In this document: in pieces, positions 52,446 through 63,289 of the stretch
Layout of the letters: every line of letters begins with the position of its first letter
How positions within the stretch are numbered: the first letter of the stretch is position 1
Assembly: GCA_013265495.1 (NCBI GenBank)
Contig: MU058423.1
Coordinates: 2,805,061-2,869,060 of the forward strand
Source: Vicugna vicugna
Taxonomy: Eukaryota
Length of the DNA stretch: 64,000 bases
Direction of reading: 5' to 3'
Translations under genes and position numbers: made by a program
Notes under the pieces: model-generated
Seen by the model: only the letters and a program-made list of their open reading frames with translations
What the model was told of the DNA's origin: nothing
Database searches by the model: none

Positions 52446-52491
52446 CTCCTAACTGAGGCACCATAAGAGGACATGGGCAATTCTGAGGAAG
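52446..52491 (+). pseudogene. MYBPHL: MYBPHL exon 8 (APN*, stop ends at 52456, then UTR)
   Basis: tgcag/CT CCT AAC TGA; donor GTAAGG at 52492. Confidence 0.75.
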
Positions 52492-53521
52492 GTAAGGAAA
52501 GAGGGACAAGGGGTATGAATGGAGTATTTCATGTTTAGGGCTAGTGTTGTTGAATCTGGGACAGATAATCTATTCCTGAGCCTTTCAATCATACACTCAC
52601 TGGTGACCGCTTTTCTTTCAATCACTTTTGTTGGTAAGCTAATACTAGCATCCCTGTGGAGGGAATTTACTAAAAACGAGGTCTAATTTTGTCACATCCT
52701 CTGTCTATCTGTACTCCTCAAATTGATGGTAGGAATTAAATCTAATGGCCCTCTGAAAAGTGGCAGTATCTACCTAACTGTAAGGGGGTTTGTGGGAGGC
52801 AGGTGGGTAGGTGCTATAAGAAAAGGTGTCAAGGAAACAATCAGGAGTGGAGGATGGCTGACAGTCACCCCTACTGCATGGTGACAGCATGGAAAAGGAG
52901 GGAGGAAGATGCTCCTGTCAATTAAGTGTTTCTACTTCAGTATCTTAAGCATGGTGAAAAACAGATTAGTTTGCTTGCTTTTACTTTGAAGTTTCTGGAT
53001 TCCTTTCCTTTCCAAGAGAAGAAAACCACCACTATCATTATATGTCAATAATAATCGAACATGTGGGTATGTGGTCTGGAGTAGCACATTATTGGCAAAG
53101 GGCCTTTCAGATCATCATTTAGCATTTGATAACTCCTTCAGATTCTAAATCATTCACAGTAGAAATGTTGTGTACAAACTGGTGAGTGATATGAAAAGGA
53201 GGCTCATGAGAGAATTGGAGAGAACTGGTTCCCAACGTCTCCTCTGACTTGCAGCTTCCGGTTGATAAAAACCAAGAATGAATTCCATCCCAGAAAACAT
53301 TTACTTAAGCCTCTCACTGATACAGAGCAAATGAAAACCCTAAGGGATGCATTAAAAGTACAGGCTTCTCAGGAGAGCTCTCCCTGCCAGTTGGCTTGCA
53401 AAGCCAGTTCTCTCGCCATCTCTCCATTCCCTCTCTGTGTTAAGGTTAAGGTTAATGTTAATGTCATGTTGTTTTGGTGTTAGCCTTGTTAGTGTTAGTT
53501 GCCCTCTTATGTCTCTCCCAG

Positions 53522-53755
53522 CCAGTGCCAGCCACTAAGCCGGGTAAATTCAGAGCACAGGACCGAGGGACTGTGAAAGGGGGTTGCCTCTGCATCCTGG
53601 ATGTGCTCTGGCTGTTTGCTGTTACGGTCACAACATCCCCTTTCTTTTCTGTGCCTCCAGGAAGCCTGACTGTGGTGAGATTGTGTTCTTAAGGAGCTCC
53701 AGCACAGTGTCTGGTTTGCACTAATCTAAATAAAGGTGCGACTCCTCAGTGCATA
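53522..53755 (+). other. MYBPHL: Probable MYBPHL terminal non-coding exon with polyA signal
   Basis: Pyrimidine tract plus CAG at 53521 (alternative acceptor at 53660); AATAAA 53729-34. Confidence 0.5.
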
Positions 53756-54221
53756 AGTGTCCATCTGTTTGAGCCTTTCCATATGGAAAACCATTGAGAA
53801 AGCTGGAATCCTTTAGCCAGATCGTATGGAATCTGCAGACCCCCAGACTCTCCTTTCTCTTCCCATATCCACCTTCTCTTTCACAGAGGTTTCTAACACT
53901 GTCCTTTTCTCTGGACAGTCTATGACAACTCTATACAGTACCAGGTGCTCAAAGCAGTGCTCAAGATGACTTGTTCTCTTCCTCTCTGTGCTTTCCAGTT
54001 TAAGTTGGAAAACAGAATGCACATCTATCACACAGACACAGACAGCAGGACATAAATGTACATATAACTAATTAAAGGCAGAGCACTAAGATGTGAGGGC
54101 TGGGAGATACTGAAGAAACTGGAGCAGAGTCTCATTAAACCCTGAGGAAAGAATAAAGGGGAGGTGCTCTTGCTTACACTTTTCATTCTTCTAACAAACA
54201 AGATATTGAAGGTATCCTGTG

Positions 54222-54696
54222 ATGGAGTTTGCAAAAGATAGTGACAATTCCTCCCATCCCAATATGGGCATGGTATTCTTCTTCCCAACAAGAATTGGAG
54301 CCTGTTTCTCCTCCCCTTGAATCTGGGCTGACCATGTGACCTGCTTTGACCACAAGAATATAGTGGAGGTTATGCTATGGCAGTTCTGGGGCTAAATCTT
54401 AAGACGTCTTATAGTTTCTACTTTTGCTTTTGGAAGTCAGCTCCCCTGTACAGAATCTCAGGATAGATTACTGAATTATGGGAGGCTGCCTGGAGGACAA
54501 CTAAGCATCCCAGCTGACAGCCAGCACCACAGCCCTAGACATGTGTGGCCACCTTGGACCCCTCAGCCCTAGTGAAGCTCAATCTACTCCTCGTGTAGAG
54601 ACAGGTTATTCTTGCACAGCCCTGCCCAAATGGTAAGATCATGAGATGAATATTTGCTGTTGCTTCAAGCCACTAAATATTGCGTAACTGAAACAG
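54222..54696. mobile_element. MLT1-family (MaLR) solo LTR
   Basis: ctccccttgaatctgggctg...ttgctgttgcttcaagccactaa...taactgaaaca. Confidence 0.7.
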
Positions 54697-56949
54697 CTTT
54701 CTAGGCATCATTGAACATCAGGCTTTTAATCTTCGTTTTACAAATGAGTAACTTCAAGCTTATAAACTGTTCCAAGTCATGTAGCTGGAGAGCTGAAGTT
54801 CTAGGATTTGAACCAGGTCTGTTTGACGTCAAGCCTTCCTTACTTCCTCCCATCTCTTCTACCCAGTGACTCCACTGCATGGGTCTGAATTGGAATTATG
54901 GGTTTAAGAAAGAAAAGATTTCTAGGTGGTAGTAAATATTAGGAGAGGTTTTGAGGAGGAAGGGGATATGTTTGGCTGAGTGTGAAGAGCTTTTCTTTTC
55001 AGACCAAAGGTCTATTTTCAGTTGACGCCAAGCATCTATGTATTCCAGCCTTTCTCAACCAGAGTTCTATGAGAATTATGAGAATCCCAATGTACCCAGC
55101 ATTCATTGTATGTCATAAATCAACTTCTTCCTGTGCACCTAGAATGTTACTAGTTGCATAGCATCCTTGGAAAAATTGAGAAAATAGTCACACAAATCAT
55201 TTGTAGGGTCTAATGCACTTGTGGAATCCCTGCTGAAAATGTTGAGAGGGAGGTTGGGGGCTGGGGGCAGAGTCCAGAGCCAGCCAGTCATGTACACAAT
55301 GACTAAGAGGCCTCCCTCCAGCTGAAACAGGGCATAGGTCAGGAAGGAGTGAAATACTCCCAGCTATGCTGTCCCAAGGATCAGTCAGACTCTGGTCTCA
55401 AGCCACAGTCCCATGCCTCAGCTGTTTGTTGAAGTGCTCAAGGGCCATCTCTTAAAGTTCTTATATTCTCAGCCTTCATGGTGAATGAGTAAAATCTTCA
55501 CATTGAACAAGACCTCCAGTCACAGGTAATCCTTCTGCATTCAAGGAGAACTGCACTGGAATCCTTAATTTTTTCATTTATGCAGGCAATACTACATTCA
55601 AAGTACCTTCTGAACTAAGGCTTACCCTGTGCGGGAGGGTGGGGCCAGGGTGGAGGGGTGTAATTTCTTCATTAATTCATTTCTTCACTATTTATGCAAA
55701 ATCTTAAACACCTATTCATACATATTATTTTGGAGTTGAACTGGGGGAAACAGATATTTCCCAGGTTAGTGGCCTTACGCTGAGTGAAGAATTCTTGTGC
55801 CTGAAATCTATATACTCTGGCTTTGTTGTCATTCTGCTGGAGGAGAAAGTAGATGCCTTTTTCTTTGTACTGCAACAGCTTTCAAAATCATAACTTGGCA
55901 ATAGAAAATTGGAGATGAGTTTCTTTAGGAGAAACGATCTTCCAATTTGCTAAAACTGCCTCCTTCGCTTACCTGAAGGTGGATGAAGACTCTCCCTTCT
56001 CAGGCTGCTCCTAGGGGAAGGAAGAATGTGGTTAACGAACAGCTTCTTTCTCTCTGATCGCCAATTTGCCACTACCTGCCTGGAGAGAGGGGAGCTACTA
56101 GCTCTGGTTTTCTCACCTCCAAAGAATCTGAACTCTGCAGGGAACTAAAATTCCACCTTCACAGGGAACCTACAGAAAGAGAGGCAACCCTCTTCTCTCA
56201 GCTCTTTCTCACACAAGCCTGCATGTTCTGGGCCTCCCCATCTTATCACACCACTAAATCCCAAGGTTCCTTTGCTTCTTGTGGTATTTATTACAATTAA
56301 CATCTCACTCCTCCGAACTACACTACCCAGCAACTTCACAACTAAAAACTAGGAAGTAAACAAAAAGCTTATAAAAAGTCAAAATAATGGTCATAAAGTC
56401 AGGAGACTAAAAGCTCAGGCTCTTTGTTTATGGGAAAGCTCGTCAACCATTCTTTTAGGGCCTTTTAACTTAAAATCTCTAGAACATTTCTAAGTTCTGT
56501 TAACTGGTGGCCCAGTCTATTCACAGGCAACCCCTGGAAACAACAAAGAAAATCCCTAATAAATAGGTTTAAGCTTTTTATAAACACAGCTTTTAGTTTA
56601 GAGGAAGCAAGTCCCAAACACTACCCTCAAAAGCCCTTAAGGCACACAGTATAAAACCTGATGTTCATAATTATGCTCCTAACACATACTGTGACTGTCA
56701 TGATCCACTGAGATAAGCGAGGGGTCAAAGATAAGCCCAGAGAGGTCAAATATATTCAATATGTTTGTCAACAGAGGAGCCACGGTTGAATTTGAACCCA
56801 AATTTCCCTGTCTGAAAAGCCCGTTGTTTTCTTCACACCTTGGGTGCCTCAAGTTCCGAATGTTCTTGCCTAAAAAGCCGATGGAAGATGCACTTCTTAG
56901 AGAACCTCAATATACTTAAAATATGAATGTTCAATTGCTTCCGAAATTT

Positions 56950-57720
56950 TGGAAAAATCAGAACTGAGGAATCCGGCAGATCTGCTTCCAAAAGGAGTGA
57001 GCCCAAGGAAACGTCTTTTCTCAGACAGAGCGTTCGTTTTAGGGCGGACGGCCGTGAGAGGCGTCAAAGGAGGGGGCGCAGCAGAGGGGGTGGCAGGGCG
57101 CGAAGCCCTCACTCATTGGCCCATTATCTCGCGCGCCGCCGCGAGGCCCCGCCCCTCAAGGTCTCCCGGGCACGCGCGCGCGCTCGCGGCCTCCCCCTGC
57201 AGCCCTCCGGATGGCGCCCACCTTCAGACTTCCGGCCAGCTGCCCCCCACGCCGCTCCGCCCCACGAGGGCGGGGAATGCTGACCCCCACCAATCATTGA
57301 GCGTGTATGGTAAGATGGGCGGGGCTTGGGATATTCGAAAGGCGCCCCGCCCCCTCGAAGCTGATTCCCGGGACTAGATTGTAGGAGGAAAGCATCTTCC
57401 GCGAGAGGTGAGTCGGCAAGGAAAGTGCAAACTGAAGGTGGGCTGGGGTGTGATGTGGCTGTAGTGCCGCGGGGAGTAGAAAGGTGGCTTGGGGAGAGGA
57501 AGAACCCGGAGGATGGTGGCCGGGGGGAAGATAGGGCGTGTGGACCACCCCAGCGTGGAGAGGTCCGGTCGCAGGGAGGCGGGGGCGAATGTGCGGAGGG
57601 AGAAAGGAGTGCAGGGTAGTTGTCCGAACCTGCCCGCACCTGCCTGCACCTGCCCGCGCCTACGCGCACCTGCCTCGGAGGTGACAGGAGTATTTACACG
57701 GGCAAGTGCTACTCCTGGGA
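56950..57720. promoter_or_regulatory. PSRC1: CpG island / PSRC1 promoter and non-coding exon 1 (donor GTGAGT at 57408)
   Basis: Dense CpG, GC boxes, ATTGG 57115, CCAAT 57290, TTCGAA 57334-39. Confidence 0.85.
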
Positions 57721-57867
57721 CGCTTGCTTTACCTCCAGCACGACCCCCAAGCCCTGGCTTGCACCCTGAGTCTAGCTGGGAGGTCTTGGGTAGGATGGAG
57801 ACCTGAGGAAAGGTATGTTTTCTCTCCAGCTCAGGCCTAAGCAGACTCTTGCTCCTGTGGCTGGAAC

Positions 57868-57886
57868 ATGGAGGATTTAGAAGAAG
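57868..57886 (+). CDS. PSRC1: PSRC1/DDA3 first coding exon (MEDLEE)
   Basis: AACATGG Kozak context; donor GTAAGG; exon acceptor near 57829. Confidence 0.92.
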
Positions 57887-57977
57887 GTAAGGAAACCCTG
57901 GAGGAAACAATGAGGCCCTGTGATGGAGAGCGGTGTTAGGGACCCAAGGCTGGCGTTTCTTCTTTCCTTCCTTACAG

Positions 57978-58035
57978 GTGTAAAGTTTATAGTGGATGAG
58001 ACCTTGGACTTTGGAGGGCTGTCACCATCTGACAG
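57978..58035 (+). CDS. PSRC1: PSRC1 coding exon (GVKFIVDETLDFGGLSPSDS)
   Basis: CAG/GTAGTA boundaries; 58 nt; N-terminal motif shared with GTSE1. Confidence 0.93.
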
Positions 58036-58469
58036 GTAGTAGACTCTATCCTACTTTCTCCAATGATGCTTGTCTCTAACCCCTTACAGCTGAATTATTG
58101 GCCTCAGGCCTGAATTGGTAATTTAGCAAGGTTGGGTGTGCTGGGGCTTCTGGGTGGCTGTTTGACTTGGGCCCCTATTACACTACTGGGAGAGGGGAGG
58201 AGGGATAAGCAGGAATGAGATTTCAGGGTGTTAAGAAGAAGGATAAGTGGATTTGCTGCATCTTCATCCTGACATAATTTCCAATGTCAGTAAGTGCTGA
58301 AGGCCTCGTAGAACCAGGTGTTTCATCACTTAGATCTCACAGCCAGCATGGGCATCAGGGTTTGGGGGTGTGTCCCTGGCTCTGTTGTCTGGGTTTTGCC
58401 CAGTCTCCCTTGCACAGTCTCCTGTTCCTTTCCGTGTGGGCATGGTGCCTGGTTTGTTTTCTGTCTCAG

Positions 58470-58911
58470 TCGAGAGGAAGAAGATACAGCAGTGCTGGTG
58501 ACTCCGGAGAAACCCCTCCGACGAGGCCTCTCCCATCGAAGTAACCCAAATGCAGTGGCCCCCGCCCCCCAGGGTCCGAGACTCAGCTTAGGCCCCCTCA
58601 GCCCAGAGAAGCTGGAAGAAATCCTTGACGAGGCCAACCGGCTGGCAGCTCAGCTGGAGAAGTGTGCCCTGCAGGAGCGGGAGAACGCGGGCGAGGGCCC
58701 GGGGCTTCGAAGGGTGAAGCCCAGCCCTCGGCGAGAGACCTTTGTGCTCAAGGACAGTCCTGTCCGAGACCTGCTGCCCACTGTGAGCTCCTTGGCCCGG
58801 AGCACCCCCTCCCCAAGCAGCCTGACACCCCGACTCCGGAGCAGCGATAGGAAGGGGTCAGTCAGGGCTCTTCGGGCAACACCTGGAAAGAGGCCCTCCA
58901 GCGCAAAAAGG
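58470..58911 (+). CDS. PSRC1: PSRC1 large exon ([18 protein letters not shown]...PSSAKR)
   Basis: CAG/GTGAGT boundaries; 442 nt; [21 protein letters not shown] and SPRRETFV motifs. Confidence 0.96.
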
Positions 58912-59267
58912 GTGAGTTTAGAGGTTTGGGGTTGGATGTGTGTCCCCAGATACAGTGCATGACTCAGTATAGGCATATCGTGGTTTCCTTGTTGATAAAA
59001 TAGGAATAGTCCAATCCTACCTCATAGAATTGTTGGAATTAAACAAGATACCATAAGCAAAGTACTTACCTCAGCATCTGTGTATAAGCGCTGTAATGTC
59101 TATAATAAGCTCTCAATAAATGGCATTGGTGGTGGTGGTGATGATGTTGGCAGCTAACTTCTGCTCTTCCTTACTGGGATCCAGGCAACTCTCCACCTCT
59201 ATCCCTTAATCAGCCAGCAGAACAGATTCTTTTTCCATCCTAGTCCTTTTTTCTCTTTGTGTTTCAG

Positions 59268-59382
59268 GAGTCGCCCACTTGCAATCTGTTCCCTGCATCC
59301 AAAAGCCCAGCATCTTCTCCTCTTGCCCGATCAACGCCTCCAGTCCGGGGGAAAGCTGGGCCCAGTGGGAGAGCAGCAGCAA
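59268..59382 (+). CDS. PSRC1: PSRC1 exon ([14 protein letters not shown]...GRAAA)
   Basis: CAG/GTGCGA boundaries; 115 nt; 89-nt intron follows. Confidence 0.88.
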
Positions 59383-59471
59383 GTGCGAAGGCCGGGGCAG
59401 CCAAGCTCTGGGTGAATGGGAGGAGGGAGGATGTGGAGCTTCCCTAAAATTCCTCTGCTCCTCTCCACCAG

Positions 59472-59720
59472 ACCCACCTACCCCTGTCAGACCAGTCCTG
59501 GCCCTGCAACCTCCTGCCAGCAACACTCAGCGCCCATCTCGGCCACAAGGAGCAACTGCTAAACCTCCCAGTCGACCACCTGGCCCATCAGCCATCCCCA
59601 GGCCTGCCAGCAGGATGCCACTCACTGGCCGGAGTGTACCATCCAGCAAAAGTGCCCTTCCTGCAGATTCCCTGTCAACTCGGAAAGGACTTCCAAGACC
59701 AAGTGCCGCAGGGCACAGAG
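59472..59720 (+). CDS. PSRC1: PSRC1 exon (NPPTPVRP...SAIP...AAGHR)
   Basis: CAG/GTGAGG boundaries; 249 nt; SxIP (SAIP) EB-binding motif. Confidence 0.88.
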
Positions 59721-60030
59721 GTGAGGAAAATGAATACAAGAAGTCAGGAGGAAGAATACCACACCCTCCCAGAGCTGGTAACAGTGACCTTCTCCACCTT
59801 CATTACAGCTCTGTTTGAAGACGGGGAGACTGAGTTAAGGAGAGAATATGGGCCTTGGCAAAGAGTTTGAGCCTCAGTTTTCAAATGCCTTATGTTTTTT
59901 AGCTTGGGTGGGAAGAAAGGCACTAATCCCAAACTCACTCTGCCTTCATCGGTGTTTTGTTTTTGTTTTTGTTTTGAGAAAGTCTCTCGAACCTTCTGAT
60001 AACCATGTCTTTTTTTAAACTCCCATCCAG

Positions 60031-60124
60031 TTCCTGTTTCTCAGCGACCAAATGTTCCTGTCACTGGTGCTGGTCGCAGCAATCTGCAGCCCCCCAGGAA
60101 AGTTGCAGTCCCAGGACCTACCAG
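60031..60124 (+). CDS. PSRC1: PSRC1 exon ([32 protein letters not shown])
   Basis: CAG/GTAAGA boundaries; 94 nt. Confidence 0.93.
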
Positions 60125-60349
60125 GTAAGACAGGATGAGATGCTGTCTCTCTCTCCCCTGTCATCTGGGCTTCCAAGCTGTTATGCACATCAGTCCCGAA
60201 TCCTGTGTGGCAAGATAGGGCTGAGGAGGGGAGCCTGGAGGGGTGAGGAGTCCCATTTCTTCCTACCTGGAAGAACTTGAATTCAGCTGGTGACAAATGG
60301 GCTTGTGAAAGAGGGCAACTTAAAGCAGTTCCTCCTTCTGTCTCTTTAG

Positions 60350-60353
60350 GTAA
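60350..60353 (+). CDS. PSRC1: PSRC1 last exon, coding part (G TAA); spliced CDS 981 nt = 326 aa
   Basis: tctttag/GTAA; the summed exon lengths keep the frame. Confidence 0.88.
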
Positions 60354-60990
60354 AGAGAGCAGGACAGCAAGCAAGAATTCAGTAGCAAACCACTACAGTC
60401 AGTCACTGCCTGGACTCGCCTCTTCTCGGCCTCCTAAGCCCTGTCTTTGGAGGCAGGCCTGACTCCAGCACATTCTGGCCCAGAGATAGGAGGAAGAGCT
60501 GCCACCACAACTGGTGCCCCAGGAGTACAAACCATGGGAGATGGGGTGGATTAGGGTTGAGGTGGAGGGAAATCAAAGTCTGAGTTGAAGCAAAATAAGA
60601 AAAAGAGGTGTTTAACTTCACCACTCCCAGTGGTGAAGTTAACAACCAGAAAACGAGAACTGCCAGCGAGTGGTTTGTCCTCATCCACCCCCACTCTTGC
60701 ATCCAACCCCAGAGAGTTTGATCTTCCCGGGCACCAGTTCAGGGCATGGGTTCACTGGACATTTACATATGAGTGGCCTCTGTAGCTAACCTCCCTGCTC
60801 TCCGAGAAGCAGTCCTCCTGAATCACATCCTCTACTGGACTCCGGCCTGTTTGGAGAGGCAGAGGCAGGCATCTGGTCTCCAGAACTTGTTTCCTGTGAA
60901 TTCTGTGGCTCCTAACAGGCCAGTTTATGATAAGCTTACTTCAATGGTATTCATTTTTCTAAAATAAAATGAATATATTTCTATATTCTC
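60354..60990 (+). other. PSRC1: PSRC1 3'UTR with polyA signal
   Basis: AATAAA 60963-68. Confidence 0.75.
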
Positions 60991-63289
60991 TGTGCATGTG
61001 AAAGTAAGTCCTGCTCTAATTTCTAACAAATTTCGAGTAAATGCCTGTATAATTCCAGTGAGTTGAGCCAGGATGGGCTTCCCAGGCAGGGGTCTGACAA
61101 GGCCCTTGGGCCTTGAGATTCCAGCTAATTAGCCTATGACTAGCCCCCTTGTTGGCATTAGTTGGGAACAGACTGCCTTTTTCCAGGCATTTCCAGGATT
61201 CATGTTATTAGAAGGTCCAGATCAACTTAAGTATAGTTTGATTCACAGAATATGAGGCTATCAAACCAAGGTTTTGGTAAATTATTACTTATCTCCTAAA
61301 CGTGGGTGTCCTTTCCTGGCAAGAGAATGGAGCCTCCTAGGACCTCCTCAGGATCTTGTCTGCTGTACGGATGGGATGAGGGGGCCCTTGGGTGAGTACC
61401 CTGGTGTTTGGCTTTGCTGATCGCCTCAGGCAGAAGGTACCTGAACACCTGACATCGTTAGAATTGCTGATATTCTCTTTTTCTCTCCCCTACTAGACTT
61501 GAGGGCTGGCACCAGGACTTACAAACCTCTGCAGTGCCTAGTGTTAACAATTTATGTGTGGCAGAGAATTTCATTCATTCATTGAAAAAAAGATTTTGAG
61601 TGCAGGATGGGAGTGTTTGTTGAATGAATGACCAAGACTCATTTAACAGACTTAACCAAGGGTCTCCCTTTTCTCACAGCCTATGATTCTTGCAACCAGA
61701 ACCAGCTCAATTCCTTGTGAGTTTTGAGAGGACTTCTCTCCCTGGAGGCCAGGCCATGACTTAAGGAAGGCAGCAGGCGACTGGGCAGAGGGAGCTGGTG
61801 CCCTGCCCTCCATACGTTTACACGCCCACGGGCTCCCTGCTGAGGCACTAAAATACCCATCCCCTGTTCCCAGGCCAGGGGCCCTCCACTGCTTTCTTCT
61901 TTTTGCAGCTGATCTTAAGGTTCATTTAACACATTCACCTGTATCACAGTGACAGCTGCCTAGCCTTTCACCTTCCCTGGGCCTCTTGCAGCAACTCCCG
62001 CACTCTGGGACTCCGGCATTGAGTTGGGAGAGGGGGTGTGGAGACAGACACTGAGTATTTGGCTCTGGAGAAATTTGGCAGAGGCAAGGAAATCTCAGGT
62101 GTGTTTCCCAGCTGCGTCTTGCACTGGTGTCTGGTGAGCAGGGCCTGTTGGTGACAGCCTGCTCTGACAGAAGCAAGCGCAGGCACACGTTTAGGTGTGG
62201 CCAGCAGATGGCACGTTTGTGTGGCCTGGGTGAGGGCCAGGCCCTGGTGGGTCCTCAGAGGCAAAACAAGCAGACCTGTGTCCTGGTGCCACCTGGTGGC
62301 CGAAGAGGACAAGGCATGTAGTTCCTCGCCCTCCAGGTCAGTATAGTTTTACCAGCCCCTCCAATCTCACTGCTAATCTGCTTAAGCAGCATTGAGAAGG
62401 CAGTGCCAGCTGGGGAGGAGGCCTGCCTGCCACAGCTGCCCTTCTGTTCACTACCTGCTTCCTTCCTTCCCTTTTGGTTGGGCTTTCTACTTTTTCTCTT
62501 TATGCATTCTACCTCCACCCCCGCCCAGCAGCACCAGCGAGGGAAGCTAACATTTATTGGCCTCTTACTATGCACTGTGAACTGTTCTAAGCACTTTACG
62601 TGTGTTAACTCATTTAATTCTCATAAAAGCTCAATTAGGCGGACGCTATTATTATCCTCACTTCGCAGGCAGAGAAACTAAGGCTCAGAGAGATTAAGTC
62701 TCTCAGTCTGGTTCCAGGGTTTGTGTTCTCCTCTATTGTCCCCATGCGAACTCTCTATTCAGTTTGTGGATAGATCTGCAAAAAACACAAAACTTGGGAA
62801 AAGAAGTAATGTGGACGAGCACAGAGCTGGCTAGAGTATGAGTAGCTGCTTCAGTTCCAATGGGGAAGAACACTAGATGGCCCAGAGAAGTGAAGTCAGG
62901 AGCACCTTTCCATTCTACCAGCCTCTCAACTCAGCTCTCCCTGCCTCTTGAATTCTGCTCCCAGGACAGGACTCAGCCCTGTGGGCTAAGCTGGAATCCT
63001 GCCTGCTCTGTGCAACCTCTCCAGCCACACAAGTCCCTCCTGTTCTGGTAGAAAGGATACTTTCCTGCCATTAGCCACATCTTCCAGGGCATGGGCTCTG
63101 TGCTGAGGAGGGTGTTTGGGGAGCACTGTCGGGTGTTGGTGGAGGGGCTAAGCTCATGAGCCACTATCTATCTGAGTCCCCTGACCTCCTGGTCCTTCCA
63201 GGGCCCTACCTGCTCTTATTTTCCAGAGACCAGGCCCCTCTCCCTCTGGGAGGACAGGGCCCCACACAGAAGCACATGGTGACAATGCT

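Larger units (their letters stand above)
40432..52456 (+). pseudogene. MYBPHL: Myosin binding protein H-like gene, all 8 coding exons present but apparently disabled (whole span)
   Basis: Ig-FN3-Ig exons translate to MYBPHL; frameshift plus TAG in exon 1 and AT instead of GT at the intron 4 donor. Gene identity is very likely; pseudogene status is less certain. Confidence 0.72.

Noticed and set aside
57700..57730. Possible p53 response element (GGGCAAGTGC ... ACGCTTGCTT)
   Set aside because: Both half-sites are mismatched and the spacer is long; too weak to call without ChIP data.
56897..57910. Several overlapping 100-180 aa ORFs on both strands
   Set aside because: Expected stop-codon depletion in a CpG island; no recognisable homology.
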